DNA of 64,000 nt. Origin: Eledone cirrhosa (Eukaryota). A program made the position numbers and the translations under genes. The DNA is taken from NCBI GenBank assembly GCA_964016885.1, contig OZ024754.1, positions 41,974,001-42,038,000 on the forward strand, given 5' to 3'. Below, in pieces: positions 39,232 through 53,230 of this stretch (positions are counted from its first letter, which is position 1; each line of letters opens with the position of its first letter). The notes below the pieces were generated by a model, which saw nothing but the letters and a program-made list of their open reading frames with translations, was not told the DNA's origin and ran no database searches.

Positions 39232-39384
39232 GGTTTTGGGCTTTGCTTGATTAAGAAGTCTGAGGAGTAGATCGGGTCGGAATCGGGTCTCTAGTATTAA
39301 TATAGATCTTGAGCCAATCATCTGTGAAAGGGTCGGAACTATGTATAATCAGTGAAGACAATGTGAAATCTCGCTTTGTTTTAT

Positions 39385-39453
<69 letters not shown>

Positions 39454-39582
39454 TGGTGTATAGCTTGTATAAAAAATTCGTAAATATTGTTATGCCAGCT
39501 ATTTATAAGGATAGATTACATAAAACCTCATATTGATCTGAGGTTATAATAATAATGAAATTATTGTGTACAGTTATCTAAG

Positions 39583-39640
<58 letters not shown>

Positions 39641-39643
<3 letters not shown>

Positions 39644-39834
39644 GTTATTCCGGGTTGAATCGGAGGTAACCACAGTAAGTAAGGTACTCAATACATTGCA
39701 GAGTATAAAAGTTTTAATATAGATGAGATTCTACAAGACTAGAACTGTTTCATTCTTTAGAAATCATCAGGAATCTCATCAGGATTCCTGATGATTTCTA
39801 AAGAATGAAACAGTTCTAGTCCTGTAGAATCTCA

Positions 39835-39840
<6 letters not shown>
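39641..39840. mobile_element. ~200-bp element in (TA)n with two back-to-back family D hammerheads
   Basis: 39722-39780 (-) has a 10-bp stem I GATGAGATTC/GAATCTCATC. 39782-39832 (+) has GGATTC/GAATCT, CTGATGA 39788-94, GAAA 39807-10, and GUA cleavage after 39826. Confidence 0.8.
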
Positions 39841-39868
<28 letters not shown>

Positions 39869-39988
39869 CGCTTGGTGCCACGGTAGGGATTTTACATATC
39901 TCTATACCCACTCTGCATCTCCCCCATGCATTGAGTACTCTCGTGATTATTGGTCTCTCGGGTCTCAACAACACAGACACATACACAC

Positions 39989-40047
<59 letters not shown>

Positions 40048-40302
40048 TACGTTAACTATTTTTCCATTTTGACGCTATAGTCACTTATATATTATGGAAT
40101 ACTGTTGGCTTCTTGCTACAACAATTTCTATACTTTTCATTTATATGTATATATATATATATGTGTGTGTATGTATGTATGTATGTATATATAAACATGA
40201 CAAATGGTTAATGAAAGTGTTTAAGAAGTGGTGTGTGGTGCGTGGATGTGGGTGTGGTACTGATTAACATGTAAACAAGGTAACGTAATCACACACAAAC
40301 AT

Positions 40303-40357
<55 letters not shown>

Positions 40358-40483
40358 AACAGCCATTGAAAGAGGTGACACATCCCAATAGAAAAGGCAA
40401 CTAGGGTGAACATACGAACAACTAGTACAACAAACGACATAGAAAAACTCTAAGAAAATGTCAGAAAATAGATGATTTGTTAC

Positions 40484-40620
40484 CTTCAAGTGTCAGATTG
40501 AGCCAGTGTTCTTTTAATTGCAGCTTATTGAAGGAAATCCTTGTTGTTGCTGTGTTCGTTGCTATTAACTCGACGTTGAAGAACTAACAAGAACTAACAA
40601 GAACTTCCTGTCATTTTGTT
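40484..40620 (-). other. Putative non-coding first (5'UTR) exon of GOLGA5
   Basis: The first coding exon has an acceptor 10 nt before the ATG (tttcag| at 34946), so an upstream exon is required. A donor GAAG|gtaaca at 40483 lies in non-repetitive sequence next to a cluster of CRE-like motifs. The 5' boundary is approximate. Confidence 0.45.
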
Positions 40621-40700
40621 TTGTTTTTAGTGGAATTAAGAAGCGACGTGGACAGCAACCCAGGCCCTGATGACGTAAACAACAGAAATTGTGACGTAGT
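40603..40700. promoter_or_regulatory. Putative GOLGA5 promoter with bZIP (CRE/UPRE-like) and ETS-like motifs
   Basis: GCGACGTGGA 40643-40652, TGACGT 40671-40676 and 40692-40697, ACTTCCTG 40603-40610, in an otherwise CpG-poor region. Confidence 0.45.
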
Positions 40701-42249
40701 TAACCATTAATGTTTCGTACACAATAAAAAAAATACCATAACTTCTTGTCAAACATATTATTGTTGTTATTTTCGTCTCTACCACTTTCTAATTTCTCCA
40801 CATCAACATCTGTTTACTGATCATCCTGTGTTTATTAATGACAGATATTTGTAGAATAACAGATGTTAAGAAAATATAACACAGTAGAGCGTCGGACATC
40901 ATGCTCTACGGCATAGAGTTACGACCCTTTACATGCTGAGTTCAAATCCCACCGAGATTAGCTTTGCCTTTCGTCCTTACAGGGTCGATAAAATAAAGTA
41001 CCAGTAATGCACTGGGATTGATTTAATCGACTCCTCCCCCCAAAAAATGTCTGGCCTTGTGTCTAAAGTAGAAATCATTATTTGAGGTTAGCTTTGCTTT
41101 TCATCCTTACAGAAGGGGGTCGATAAAATAAAGGACTAGTACCGCACTAGGGTTCGATTTAATCGACTTTTCTCCCTCCCCATAAATTAATGGCCTTGTC
41201 TCTAAATCAGAAAGCAATATCAGAAAAATTGACCCCTTCGTTTCACTGTTTATGTTTTTTCTTTGTTGTCATAATCTTTTCATTTGACATTTTTTATGGA
41301 TTCACGACAGTTCACACTCAAATTTATGGGACGTAAACTACACTGGAGCAAAACTTTCTTAATAATATATATATAATTTTAAACTGAATTTATTTGTTTT
41401 AAACATATACGTAAATAACATTACATATTGTTCACAATTCTTTTAGAATGAAAATATAAACACATAATAAATACAATTAACTATTGCTAGGAACCTCACA
41501 AATTGTTTAATGAAGTTTTATAATACATTTTTAAAGGGGTACATTAAAAGTGTAGGGGTGTTTTTTTTTAAGTTCATTATTTTGTATATTTTCTGGATTA
41601 AAAGTTGTAGTGATGACATTATGTTCCAATATAAAACATGATAGCCTTGTTCATAGTATTCATTATCAATATAATAATTGTTTCTACTTTTTGGCACAAG
41701 GTCAGCAATTACTCCAGTGTATTACTGGTACTTTATTTTATCAACCAATGTAAGGATGAAAGGCAAACTTAACCCCGGTGGGATTTGAAGTCAGACCATA
41801 AAGGGCCGTATGCTGCAAAGCATGGCGTCCGACCCTCTACCGATACTGCTTCTGATTTGGGTTCAAGACCATCAATTGAGGGAGAGGGGAAAGTCGAGAC
41901 AATTGAGCTAAAATTGTGTTTGTATGTAAATAAAATAAAAAAACGTCCTGTTTATATTCCTAAAGAAAGACCAAATGTTTTATCGTTACATTTTTGTGTT
42001 TTGGGCGTCTGTCGGTTCCTACGGGTGTTCTAAGAGGAAGAGCCTGCTCGCCAATGTGACTGGGCATCCCAGAGATATTTGCAATCTTAACGTAGTTCTC
42101 AGAGAGATTCAGTAGATGACAAAGTGGGCCCTATGAATTTACAAATACAACTCACAGTTTTACAGCTAAATGTAAAACATTTGGGAGAAGGGGAAAGTCG
42201 ATTAAATCGACTCAGTGCATTACTGGTACTTTATTTTATCGACTCCTAG

Positions 42250-42640
42250 ACGAGACTTAACAAGAGGGTGCGAAAAAACAACTTCAAAACGGAGACAAAG
42301 CTCGGCGTTTACAGGGCCGTAGCCCTTATTACTTTCTTATACAGCTCTCAATCATGAGTCTTGTATCGCTGTTACACCCGCCTCCTCGGGAGATTCTGTC
42401 TGTTCACCATATTAAACGACCACTGTTGTGGCTATGTCACCAACATATAGGTCATTCTTATGAAAACACAGCTGTGCAGGGCGAGGTATGACTCCAGAAT
42501 AGCAGACCGTCGACTGCCAAAGATCGTACTCTACAGAGAATTGTATTCTGGCTGTCGAAACAGCGGTGTACCTAAGAAGTGGTACAGAGGCATACTAAAA
42601 AAAAAAGACCCTGAAAATATGTAACATCGACCCCCACGAC
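42250..42640 (+). mobile_element. Degraded RTE-like LINE fragment
   Basis: Translates in parts as TETKLGVYRAVALITFLYSS and RLPKIVLYRELYSGCRNSGVPKKWY. Confidence 0.55.
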
Positions 42641-42799
42641 ATCACCACCACCAGTGGACCACCCAGACTGCTGACCGTAATACTTGGCAAGAGTTCGACG
42701 CAAATGTGTTTTTTCAAATGACTAAAATCGTCCACAGCTTCCGTTGCAGAACGGAACAAAATTTTAAAATACCGTGATCTGTCGGCTAACTACATTTTC

Positions 42800-42989
42800 C
42801 ACCCTGTGGCATTCGAGATGTTTGGGGGAAGTCGGACTACTGACTGCGAGATTCTTATCTTCACTGGCGACTCGCCTAACCGAAGTAAATGGTGAAGCTC
42901 GTGACGGCGCTTGGCTGTTCCAGCGCATCAGTCTCGCCATCACCCGAGGTAACACCGCGAGCGTGCTGGCTTGCCTCAGAAATTATTAG
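42800..42989 (+). mobile_element. CRE-like (restriction-like endonuclease) non-LTR retrotransposon 3' fragment; related remnant at about 48320-48450
   Basis: AWLFQRISLAITRGNTASVL is the typical C-terminal motif of CRE-clade elements. Confidence 0.6.
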
Positions 42990-43364
42990 AGAGGTCTCTC
43001 AATGCTCCTCGCGGTACTGTTATCTTTTGCTCTGGCACCGGTTCGTTTGCCCACGCCCTTTATTGTATTTGGTCCTAGATGTGTATGCAACCTGCTTATG
43101 TGTCTTTTTCTCTTCTTTTTTGTTTTTCCTTTCCCTTTTCTTTGTATATATCATATTTGTTTGTCTTTTCGTTCTATAAGCATTATATTATTATATTTCT
43201 TTTAATACAACTGTGAATAAAAGTATATATTTATAGTGATAATTAAAAAAAAGAAAACCCTATCTCTTGTCGGGAGGGTTACAGAGTGACTGAAGTTAGC
43301 TCCCTTTATTATAATCGTTCTTCTTTGTTTTAGCGTCTCTAATAACGCTAGAGAGTTCCAGTGT

Positions 43365-43374
43365 GCGACGTGGA
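43365..43374 (+). promoter_or_regulatory. GCGACGTGGA bZIP-like motif upstream of YIF1
   Basis: Identical 10-mer to the one at 40643-40652; about 105 nt before the proposed YIF1 ATG. Confidence 0.4.
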
Positions 43375-43479
43375 TCCATCTTCGTCTTCTCCAACTGGTT
43401 GATGGTTGCGTGTGTAAGTGTGTGGTGTAAAGAGACGACATAGACACACATTTATATTTTCGTCTGTAGTCCTAGGAGA

Positions 43480-44045
43480 ATGGATGTGCCACCTGGCTTC
43501 AGACAGCGTAAGTGTACGTCAATTTCAACAATAATGAGTGTTGTATGCCCTGATTACATCGCTTGTTATATACCCTATGCTTTTCAATTTAAATGTTCTT
43601 TCGTTTGATGGCAATTTCATTCCATTTTTCTTAGTTTTTTTAATTAAGTTGTAGTTTTTTCCACGCCAATTCATCTGAATTTGTTTGTCAAATTATTGCA
43701 TGCAAAGAACACTTTATTTATTTATTTTTTTGTTTAGTTTCTCAAAAGAATTAAACCTCTCCCCTTCTCCCAGTCGATATTCTAATTTGTATAATTACTA
43801 TTGATACATTAGTATATAAATTCTGATTGATGTATATATGTGTATGTATCTATGTTTGTATGATGTGTATATATCTCTATGTATGTATGTATATTTGTAT
43901 GATGTATATATCTATGTATATTGTATGTAATATGTATGTACGTATATCAAACTTAGTCTATGATAACAAACAAACAAAATACACCTTCGTGATATTTCCT
44001 CTTCCTCTTTCCTATAGAAGATCGCATCAAATTACCATTATACAC

Positions 44046-44078
<33 letters not shown>

Positions 44079-44442
44079 GTGTGCCCTCGGCATTCGCGAA
44101 ATTTTCCTTAGAACCTAACTAATAACTGTTCGCGGAATCGTTTTTTTATGGCGTTTTTCGTGGTAATATATTTATTTCACACTTATTAATGCTAAATTAT
44201 TAACAACAATAAACCCTATTTGCCAGTCTATAGTTTACGTTGTTTTGACGTTTATAGGCATTTCAATGGACTGCGTCCAATATTCGCGGGTTTTCACTCT
44301 TCGCGGGTGCTCTAGGAACAGTAACCCCCCCGCGAATACCCTGGGACGGACAACTGTATGTATGTATGTATGTGTGTGTGTGTGTATATATATATATACA
44401 CACATAAAATCGTATCGGATTACTCAAATGTATGCCTAATTG

Positions 44443-44483
<41 letters not shown>

Positions 44484-44521
44484 CACGCACAAGTGTTTAT
44501 TACAGCTGTATATACACATAC

Positions 44522-44558
<37 letters not shown>

Positions 44559-44885
44559 CAAATGGAAACTATATTTATAAAACCATATTTATTTTATTCT
44601 ATATATAGTTTTCTAATTTTATTTGTTTCTTCTCCATCTGCTCCCATTGAGGGTGACGTATGAACATTATGTTGGTTCTAAAAAACTGCTGACTTTGGAA
44701 ACTTCCTTCTCTCTAGAAATTATTAGAATGTCTTCACACACAAACATATCCTCATGCTGCTGCTGCTGCTACTTCTAGTCCTTATGTAGCGGTCATACTG
44801 GAGCAATACCTCTCCTTAAACATTCATTAAAGAGAGCTGTTTGGTAGATTTTTCTTTACTTTTTTCTTTTTTTTAAAGAATGTCA

Positions 44886-44954
<69 letters not shown>

Positions 44955-45111
44955 GTGTATATAGGGTTCAATCGGGTGTAACCACAGTAAGTAAGGTTTT
45001 CCTGATGATTTCCTTCAAATGAAACAGTTCTAGTCTTGTATTAAATATATATAGTTGATGTGCTACTAGTTAAGATTAGTAAGGCCATTATTCAACTTGG
45101 TACTCTATGTT

Positions 45112-45156
<45 letters not shown>

Positions 45157-46038
45157 AACAAGTAAGACCCCGACGGCTGAGCTTCGTTATATATATATAT
45201 ATATATATATAAAAGGATGGAATCGGTTTGGAACTAGTTAGGCCATTACTCAACAGAGTACTCGATACTTTTGATAGTAGAGTATGACTATCATAAATAG
45301 TGTGGAACTAGCTGTCGAAACGGCAAGAGCTCAGCCGTTGGGTCCCGACTCTTTACAATATATATATATATAGGGGTTATTTACCCTACGTCTAAGCCTA
45401 TATCGTTTCAAGTTGAAGTTTTTTAATGCTGCTGCCAAATTTAGTGAACGCTCCGTGTATGGCGAATATAATGTTTATCATTTAGTACTGTTGTCATACT
45501 TGAACGAACATGTCATATGTGACGGAAAGAATCCCAGCATTCCACCTGGCCCTTTAAAAAAAAAGGGGTTTGGTGGGAAGGACTACATTTTTTCTAATGT
45601 CGGTTTTTGTTGTTGTTCTTTAAGACGCTTGGGTTTGATTTGAGGGATATTCAGGTGCTATTTCTAGCAGGTCGTGTGACCAGGTATCGGTTGGTGTGTC
45701 ATGTTTACTGTGTCATTTGACTATTTACGTTAGTCTTCATTGTTTAACCAGTAATCAACTTTGTCTTTCATCCTCCAGAGATCGATAAAATAAAGTATCA
45801 GAAAAAGAGCTTAGGGATAAGGGTGAATCGATCTAATTGCTGGCCTTGTACTGGAATTAGAAATTATTGATTGATTAGTAATGACTGTGATCGGCCTTCA
45901 AAGTATGTTTGATTACAGAAAGGAGAATGGCATCCGTTAATCAGATGATATTTCTTGTGTTGGGTTAATCTCACCGGAAAGACTTAGATTAACATAAATA
46001 TTACCTTACAGGTGTGCTGTTCTATATACTGGCTTATG

Positions 46039-46077
<39 letters not shown>

Positions 46078-46213
46078 ATACAGGTAAAATTCCGTTATAA
46101 CGAATACCATTATAACGCTCGATGTGTTAGGTCGATCTCGTTATAAAGAATTTTTTGTACCCCGTGAATTTCGTTATAACGGAATTTCACTGTGTGTGTA
46201 TGATGTATGTATG

Positions 46214-46271
<58 letters not shown>

Positions 46272-49200
46272 TATATATTGATTTTTAATTTGGGGAAAGG
46301 GTAAAGTTGATTAAATCAACCCCAGTATTTGACTGGTACTTCACTAATATTGACCCCGGAAGCGATGGAAGATAAAGTTGACCTCGGCGGGTTTCATTCT
46401 TCCGGCGTCGATAAAATAAAGTCTGGGGTTGATTTAATAAACTTTGCCCTTCCCTAACTATTAATTAGTGATGGATTAAGGGGGCGAGATGGCTCCCAAA
46501 TAATTATCATTTTGCTTCCATAGATACTATACAAAGGTCGCGGTGACATTTTCAGTCAGGGACCTCAGGCAGTCTTATGATACCTATCATCCTTATTAGT
46601 ATTAGCTTACCACGGTCGGTGGAACGGCAGAATCGTTGGAGCATCGAATAAAATGCTTTGCGGTATTTGTTCCAGCTCTTTACATTCTGAGTTCAAATTC
46701 AGCCGAGGTTAACCATTGCCTTTCATCCTTACGAGGTCGGTAAAATTAAATACCAGTAATACACTGCGGGCCTATGGTGGTGAGTAGGGAGGTAGCCCTA
46801 GGGCCAGTGACACCCGAAGTCTCCACTGCAAGCGGTAGCCAACTCAGGGCCCTGCTCACCACCATAGGCTCTGAGTTGGCTACCGCTAGCAGGGGAGACT
46901 TCTGGTGTCCTTGGCCCTAGGGCTACCTCCCTACTCACCACCATAGGTCCGCAGTGTATTACTGGTATTTTATTTTATCGACTCCGTAAGGATGAAAGGC
47001 AAAGGATAATTGCTGGCCTTGTGGCAAAAGTAGAAACAATTATTTGTGTTTATCAACGACATTATATTTATAGTGTTATTTATCACATACTAAATTACTA
47101 ATTTATTATTATTGGTTTACTGACTGAACAAGTTCTTATTTAGTATATCTGTGAGTGGGAGCAGGTACTGTGATTCATCGATATCAATAAGATCTACAAC
47201 CTGAAATCGATCTCCCCGTCCACACCTGTCGTCATTAATTAACTCTTTCCACATCAAACCACCTGAAACCGACTCCACGTTTTACGACACTAAACTGTTT
47301 GTTTTTATTTAATGTTTATATTTATCCAAAAACCTTAAAATTGTGTAATTATCAACGGTTTTAAGCCAACTTTGTGAGTGAAAAACACGTATTGAGAATA
47401 AACTTTTATTTTAAACTTGTTTTACAGTAAGTAAAGAATATTTCTTATGTTCTAACCCTTTAGCATTTAAACCGGTCATATCCAGCCAGAATTCTCTCAT
47501 CTCTTTCTCTTCAAACCGGTCATAACTGGCTACTCATACTGACGTTAACGTATTGTTATCAAAATCTCGTAAATTCGATATTATGTGAGATAAAGCCTTT
47601 TCTGTGAAAATACAATAGTAAATGTAGAGTAATGTGGCTGCTAAAGGGTTAAAGAGATAATTCTAACAGCTTCACCCTCTATTAACTTCCTTATTATTAA
47701 GTTGATATTTGAATTGGAGTGAGGGGTACTCTTAAGTTCTCCCTGCCATTAGAAACTAAAAAATAGGGGAACGTCACCTTCGCCCCTCTGCATAACCACC
47801 CCAACCTCATTACTGATATGTCACACATTCCCCTACACATCCACCTCACCCTCGTTACTTATATGTCACCCCTGCTCTACATAACCACCCCCACCCTCAT
47901 TACTGATATATCACACACACACACACACACCCTACATATCCACCCCACCTTCACTGATATATCAGCTCTGCATATCCACCCCACCTTCATTACTGATATA
48001 TCACCCACCCTACACTACTATAAATAAATAGTTCCCACCACCACCACCCTCAACCTGCCATCTTGCACCTGTCTATGATTTCCAAGATAGGTAAAGTTAG
48101 ACTTAACTTTCTTCTAGTCTCAACAAGGTTTATATTCCACGTCATACTCTGTCTAAATTAGAAATCATAGTTACACTCCTTTCTCAGAGGGTTATAATAG
48201 TTTTAAGGGTAATTAGTTGATGGGTTTAATTAGAATTTTGAGAATGAAATTTGTTTTTTGTGTGGTTTTTATGTGTTTTTGAAAGAAAAATCATCATAAA
48301 TTACTCGTTTTCTGCAGTTCCTCCACCTCTCTCGGAAACGAGTGTAATGCCTGTGAAGGTGCTTGGTTATTTCAGCACCTTAGCCTCGCCATCACCTGTG
48401 GATATGCTACAAGTGTGTTTGTTGGCTTGCCTCAAAAACTATTAGAGGGATGTTCCAATGTGTTGTGTGGTGTGTGACTAATTGACCCACTTGGTGTTGA
48501 ATTGATGTTTGTTTATTTTTTCGCTTTGTATATTTTTGTGTATTATATTTATAAGATTCCGTGAATTGCATTTTTAGGTGAAACATGTGTATCTTATAAA
48601 AACGAGAAAACTCATCGCTAAAATAGCCATTAAAACAGCTAAATGCTGTCAAAGACAGCAATGAGCAACAAATGCCTGAGAGGACAGAGCCCAGGGACCA
48701 CTGGTACAGGTCTGGCTGTTTTAACGGCTGTTCCAGCAATGAGTTTTCTCATTTTTATATGTATTCAAATACGCCCTCGCCCCTCGCTTTATCTCAGAGA
48801 CAACATTGTTTTTTTTTTCAATTATCATATTTATCAGTTTTATCTTTAAATAAACACCTGCTGTTACTTTTACTTGTAGAATTATCTCTCGTTTCATGTC
48901 AGTCTTTGTGTGATGATCTCGTAAACTATTATTAATTAGTTAATTGATGTATAAATACTAACCAACCACGGATTATTAATCTACATACATGGCTTGTGTA
49001 TAGTGTATATATTATTGTTGGCAGTCGTTAGAACGTCGAACAAATACTTAGTAATTGTTACAGCTTCTTACTTTTTGAGTTCAAATCCCACCGAGGTCAA
49101 CTTCGCCTTTCATCATTCTGGGGGTCGATAAAATACCAGTCAAATACTGAGGATGATTTAACCAACTTACTCTTCCCTCTCTCTCCCTCCCAATAAGAAT

Positions 49201-52200
49201 TTGGTGAAGTTTAGTAATATAACTTTTGTTATTCAGCAGGTTTTTGAAACATAACTTAAAGGTTCTTCCTTAAAATTATCTTGGAATGTTTAATATATAT
49301 ATATATATATATATATATTTACTTCTGCGTTCATAGATTGATTATTTTTTAGTTTCAGAACATCCCGTTAAGGGTGAAAGCAGCAATTCTTTGCTTAAAC
49401 GTTAATCTGTTATTTTAATAAATATTTGCTCTAGGGTTCTTATATATTTGATATATATTTATCCTTCTCGAACCCTCTTTGGAATTGTGTCTTCACATTT
49501 ATTATTATTACTATATATATAACAAAACAAACAACACAGTACATGGAAGAAATATATTAGTTTAATGCTTGAAATAGCAGGAAGAGAGCCTTAACGTTTC
49601 GAACACTAGTCCTTCATCAGAAAATAGAAGATAAATAGAGAGTAAAGAGTGATGAGCAAAAGGATCAGGGAAAATGTGAAAAGAATTGGGGAGAGATATA
49701 TGTACTTTAAAATAAGCAGCCTTTTATCACAGAATCAGGGGCAGTTTTGGGTAATTTAGTATCAAAAAGGTTTTTTTGTTAAAGAAATCAAGCCACAAAG
49801 GTTTTACAGAAATTGCTAATATTTTATTTGTTCTGTTTCATAATGGTTTCATTCTTTCTGACATCCAGGTGAGCGTTGTTTTAAGTTTTCCTATTAACCT
49901 CTTAACCCCTTTTGCATGTCATACTAAATATTTTTTCTTAAATGGAGCTCTAAATTATCAAATTTTGTTGGGTTTTTATACAACTTCTGGTTCTAATTCC
50001 TTTTTTTGTTTTTAACTCAAGATAACCCTAGTGTGTTCCAATTTATGGTGGAATTAACAAGGGATGTTTCATAATTTACATATTAGTTTTATGGTTGGTG
50101 TTAGGAAGGGCATCCAGCCGTAGAAAACCTGCCAGATAGTCCTATACGAGCGAGACACGGTCACCCGATCAATCTTGCCTCACGTGGGACAATTCCCGTC
50201 TAACCCATGCTAGACGTTAAACGATGATGATGATGATACTTGGTATTTTTATCCTGCCATTTGATAAGATATTTTGGGAGAATACATTTATATTGGAATA
50301 CACTAGGAATATCTTGTTTCATAATTTATATATTGGTTTTTAAATTCATTTTGGTGCTTCTTATTTCTATTCCATCATTTGATGAGCTATTTTGGGAGAG
50401 TACATTTACCACTATGGGTAACGTCAGGTAATGTTACAGTTTCATGGTGCTTGGACAAAATAAAGAAATGAAGACTTGTTTTTGAAAATAGAATTAAAGA
50501 GGAAATAAATGTCTTGTTAGTATGTTTACAATACATATAATACTGAAATATTTTGAAAAATGTCCAATCGAGCTGTATTTTCTTAAAGTCAAATATAATA
50601 AATCTGTGTCTCTTGGCACTGTAAATAGTAAAAGTTTATAGTGAGAAGTCTTTTATTTGTAATTTCAGTGGCTTTATAAAAGTCCTTCATTGCTAACTCT
50701 TTTGATGTTGATGTATATTGTGTATTATACACACAAAAGTAATAACATGGAAACATCATTGATAAATGTTGGACAATTTCAAAGATGGACCAAATAATAG
50801 AGAATAATAATGATTTAATTTATTAATCAACTAATTATTTAATTCAGATTTAAACAAAATATAACGATTTAATTTTTTTCTTTATCAACCCTTTAGCATT
50901 TACATTACTCTATATTTACTATTGTATTTTCACAGCAAAGGCTATATCTCACATAATATCGAATCTATGAGATTTTGATATTATTTATTTTGGGAACAAT
51001 ACCTTAACATAAGGTATTAAAACAGAAAAAAGTGAGAGAATTCTGGCCGGATATAGCCGGTTTAAATGCTAAAGGGTTAAACCTGTCTTTGAAATAACAC
51101 TTATGTATATTATTATTATTATTTGTTTGGTGGTCGATAAAATAAAGTACCAGTAATGTACTGGGGTAATTGCTGGCCTTGTGCCAAAAGTAGAAACAAT
51201 TATTATTTCTTTGGTGGAAATTCCTCTTCATAGTATGTATGGCTGTTTCTCACATCCTGTGATGAGTGGAGACTGTTTAAATTTTAAGGGGTCACATTAT
51301 TTTTCTTCCATTTAAGCATGCACTTGTAGACTGGAGAGAAGGCTTCTTGCCTATGGTGATTGGGCTGATCTTGGATCTGTGAGGTCCCTTTATTATTCCT
51401 GGGTGCTGCTCCCTCTATTAGGGAATTCTGTTATTTTGTTACCCCACCTTTTTTTTTGTCCTGTTTACTTAATTTATGTAAATCCTCACTATCCTTATTT
51501 GTGTATATTGTCCTTAATGTTTTTGGTCCCAGTGGTCAATAGAGAAATCTTTATTATTATTATATTCAGGCAAGTGGATTGGCAGTATTGGTAGAGTGTC
51601 GGACAACAGTGCTTTATGGCATGGGGTTGCGGCCCATTACATTCTGAGTTCAAATTCCTTCGAGCTATCGTATGCCATAGAATCTTCCCTCATACTACCT
51701 GAGCTCCTATCGTATGACAGAGAATCTTCTCCCACCTATACTGTCTGAGCTTCTGTCATATGTCACAGAATCTCCCACCTATACTGTCCGAGCTTCTGTC
51801 ATATGTCACAGAATCTTCCACCTATACTGTCCGAGCTTCTGTCATGTCACAGAATCTCCCACCTATACTGTCCGAGCTTCTGTCATATGTCACAGAATCT
51901 CCCACCTATACTGTCCGAGCTTCTGTCATGTCACAATCTCCCACCTATACTGCCCGAGCTTCTATCATATGCCAGAGAATCTTCTCCCACCTATACTGTC
52001 TGAGCTTCTGTCATATGTCACAGAATCTCCCACCTATACTGTCCGAGCTTCTGTCATATGTCACAGAATCTCCCACCTATACTGTCCGAGCTTCTGTCAT
52101 ATGTCACAGAAACTCCCACCTATACTGTCCGAGCTTCTGTCATATGTCACAGAAACTCCCACCTATACTGTCCGAGCTTCTGTCATGTCACAGAATCTCC

Positions 52201-52894
52201 CACCTATACTGCCCGAGCTTCTATCATATGCCAGAGAATCTTCTCCCACCTATACTGTCTGAGCTTTTATCATTGCAGTGTGGATTATCATGTATTCTTT
52301 CTCAATTTTTTGTTATATATAAACTCACTGTCCTTATTATATATTTCCACTTATATTTTCCATGAAGAGTCTGTAGGAAGAGTCTATTGCTGCCATTTCC
52401 CAGGAAACAGAAACAACTTATTAAAACAAGTCTTATTGTTTGTTTTTTATTTCTACCCTTTATTAATTGTACCTTTTGTTGTTTGTATTTGATTGCTATG
52501 CGTTCTTTCGTATTAAGTAGATAAATCCATAACCACACACTGGGTTCTGATTTAGGGCACAAGACCAGCCATTTTGTGGGGTATGTTAATTAAATTAACC
52601 TTCAGGGGACCTTGATGGGATTTGAACTCAGAATGTTAAGAGTCAAACCAAATACTCTGTCAACCCATCACCATAACAGTCATACATAATAAAATAAAAA
52701 TTAATGGTACCTGGTTGATCTGTAGTTCAATGTCGTTAGATTCAATTGTTTATATAAATTTTGGGTCCCGATGTCTGAGCTCTTGCCGTTTCAACAGCTA
52801 GTTCCAGACTATAATATAACCATACTCTACTACCCTAAGTATTGAGTACTCTGTTGAGTAATGGTCTAACTAGTTTCAAACTGATTTCATCCTG

Positions 52895-52941
<47 letters not shown>

Positions 52942-53195
52942 CTCAGTCGGATGGCTGGAACAGGTAAAATAGTATATATATATATGAAATAATAATAATG
53001 AAATTATTGTGTACAGTGCTTAGGTGCACTACAACTCATCAAAGGTGCATGTATAGTACATAGAATAATGTACAAATATTAGGAAAATGAACAGTGTAAG
53101 AGCCATGATATACATGTGTGCGTGTGTATGGAGGGAGGATATCAGGTGTAGTGTTGGCGAATCTCAGGAAGCATGGAGGTTTTAAAATAGTGTGA

Positions 53196-53230
<35 letters not shown>

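Noticed and set aside
40668-40700. CTGATGA..GAAA as a hammerhead
   Set aside because: No stem II or stem III pairing; better explained as CRE-like promoter motifs.
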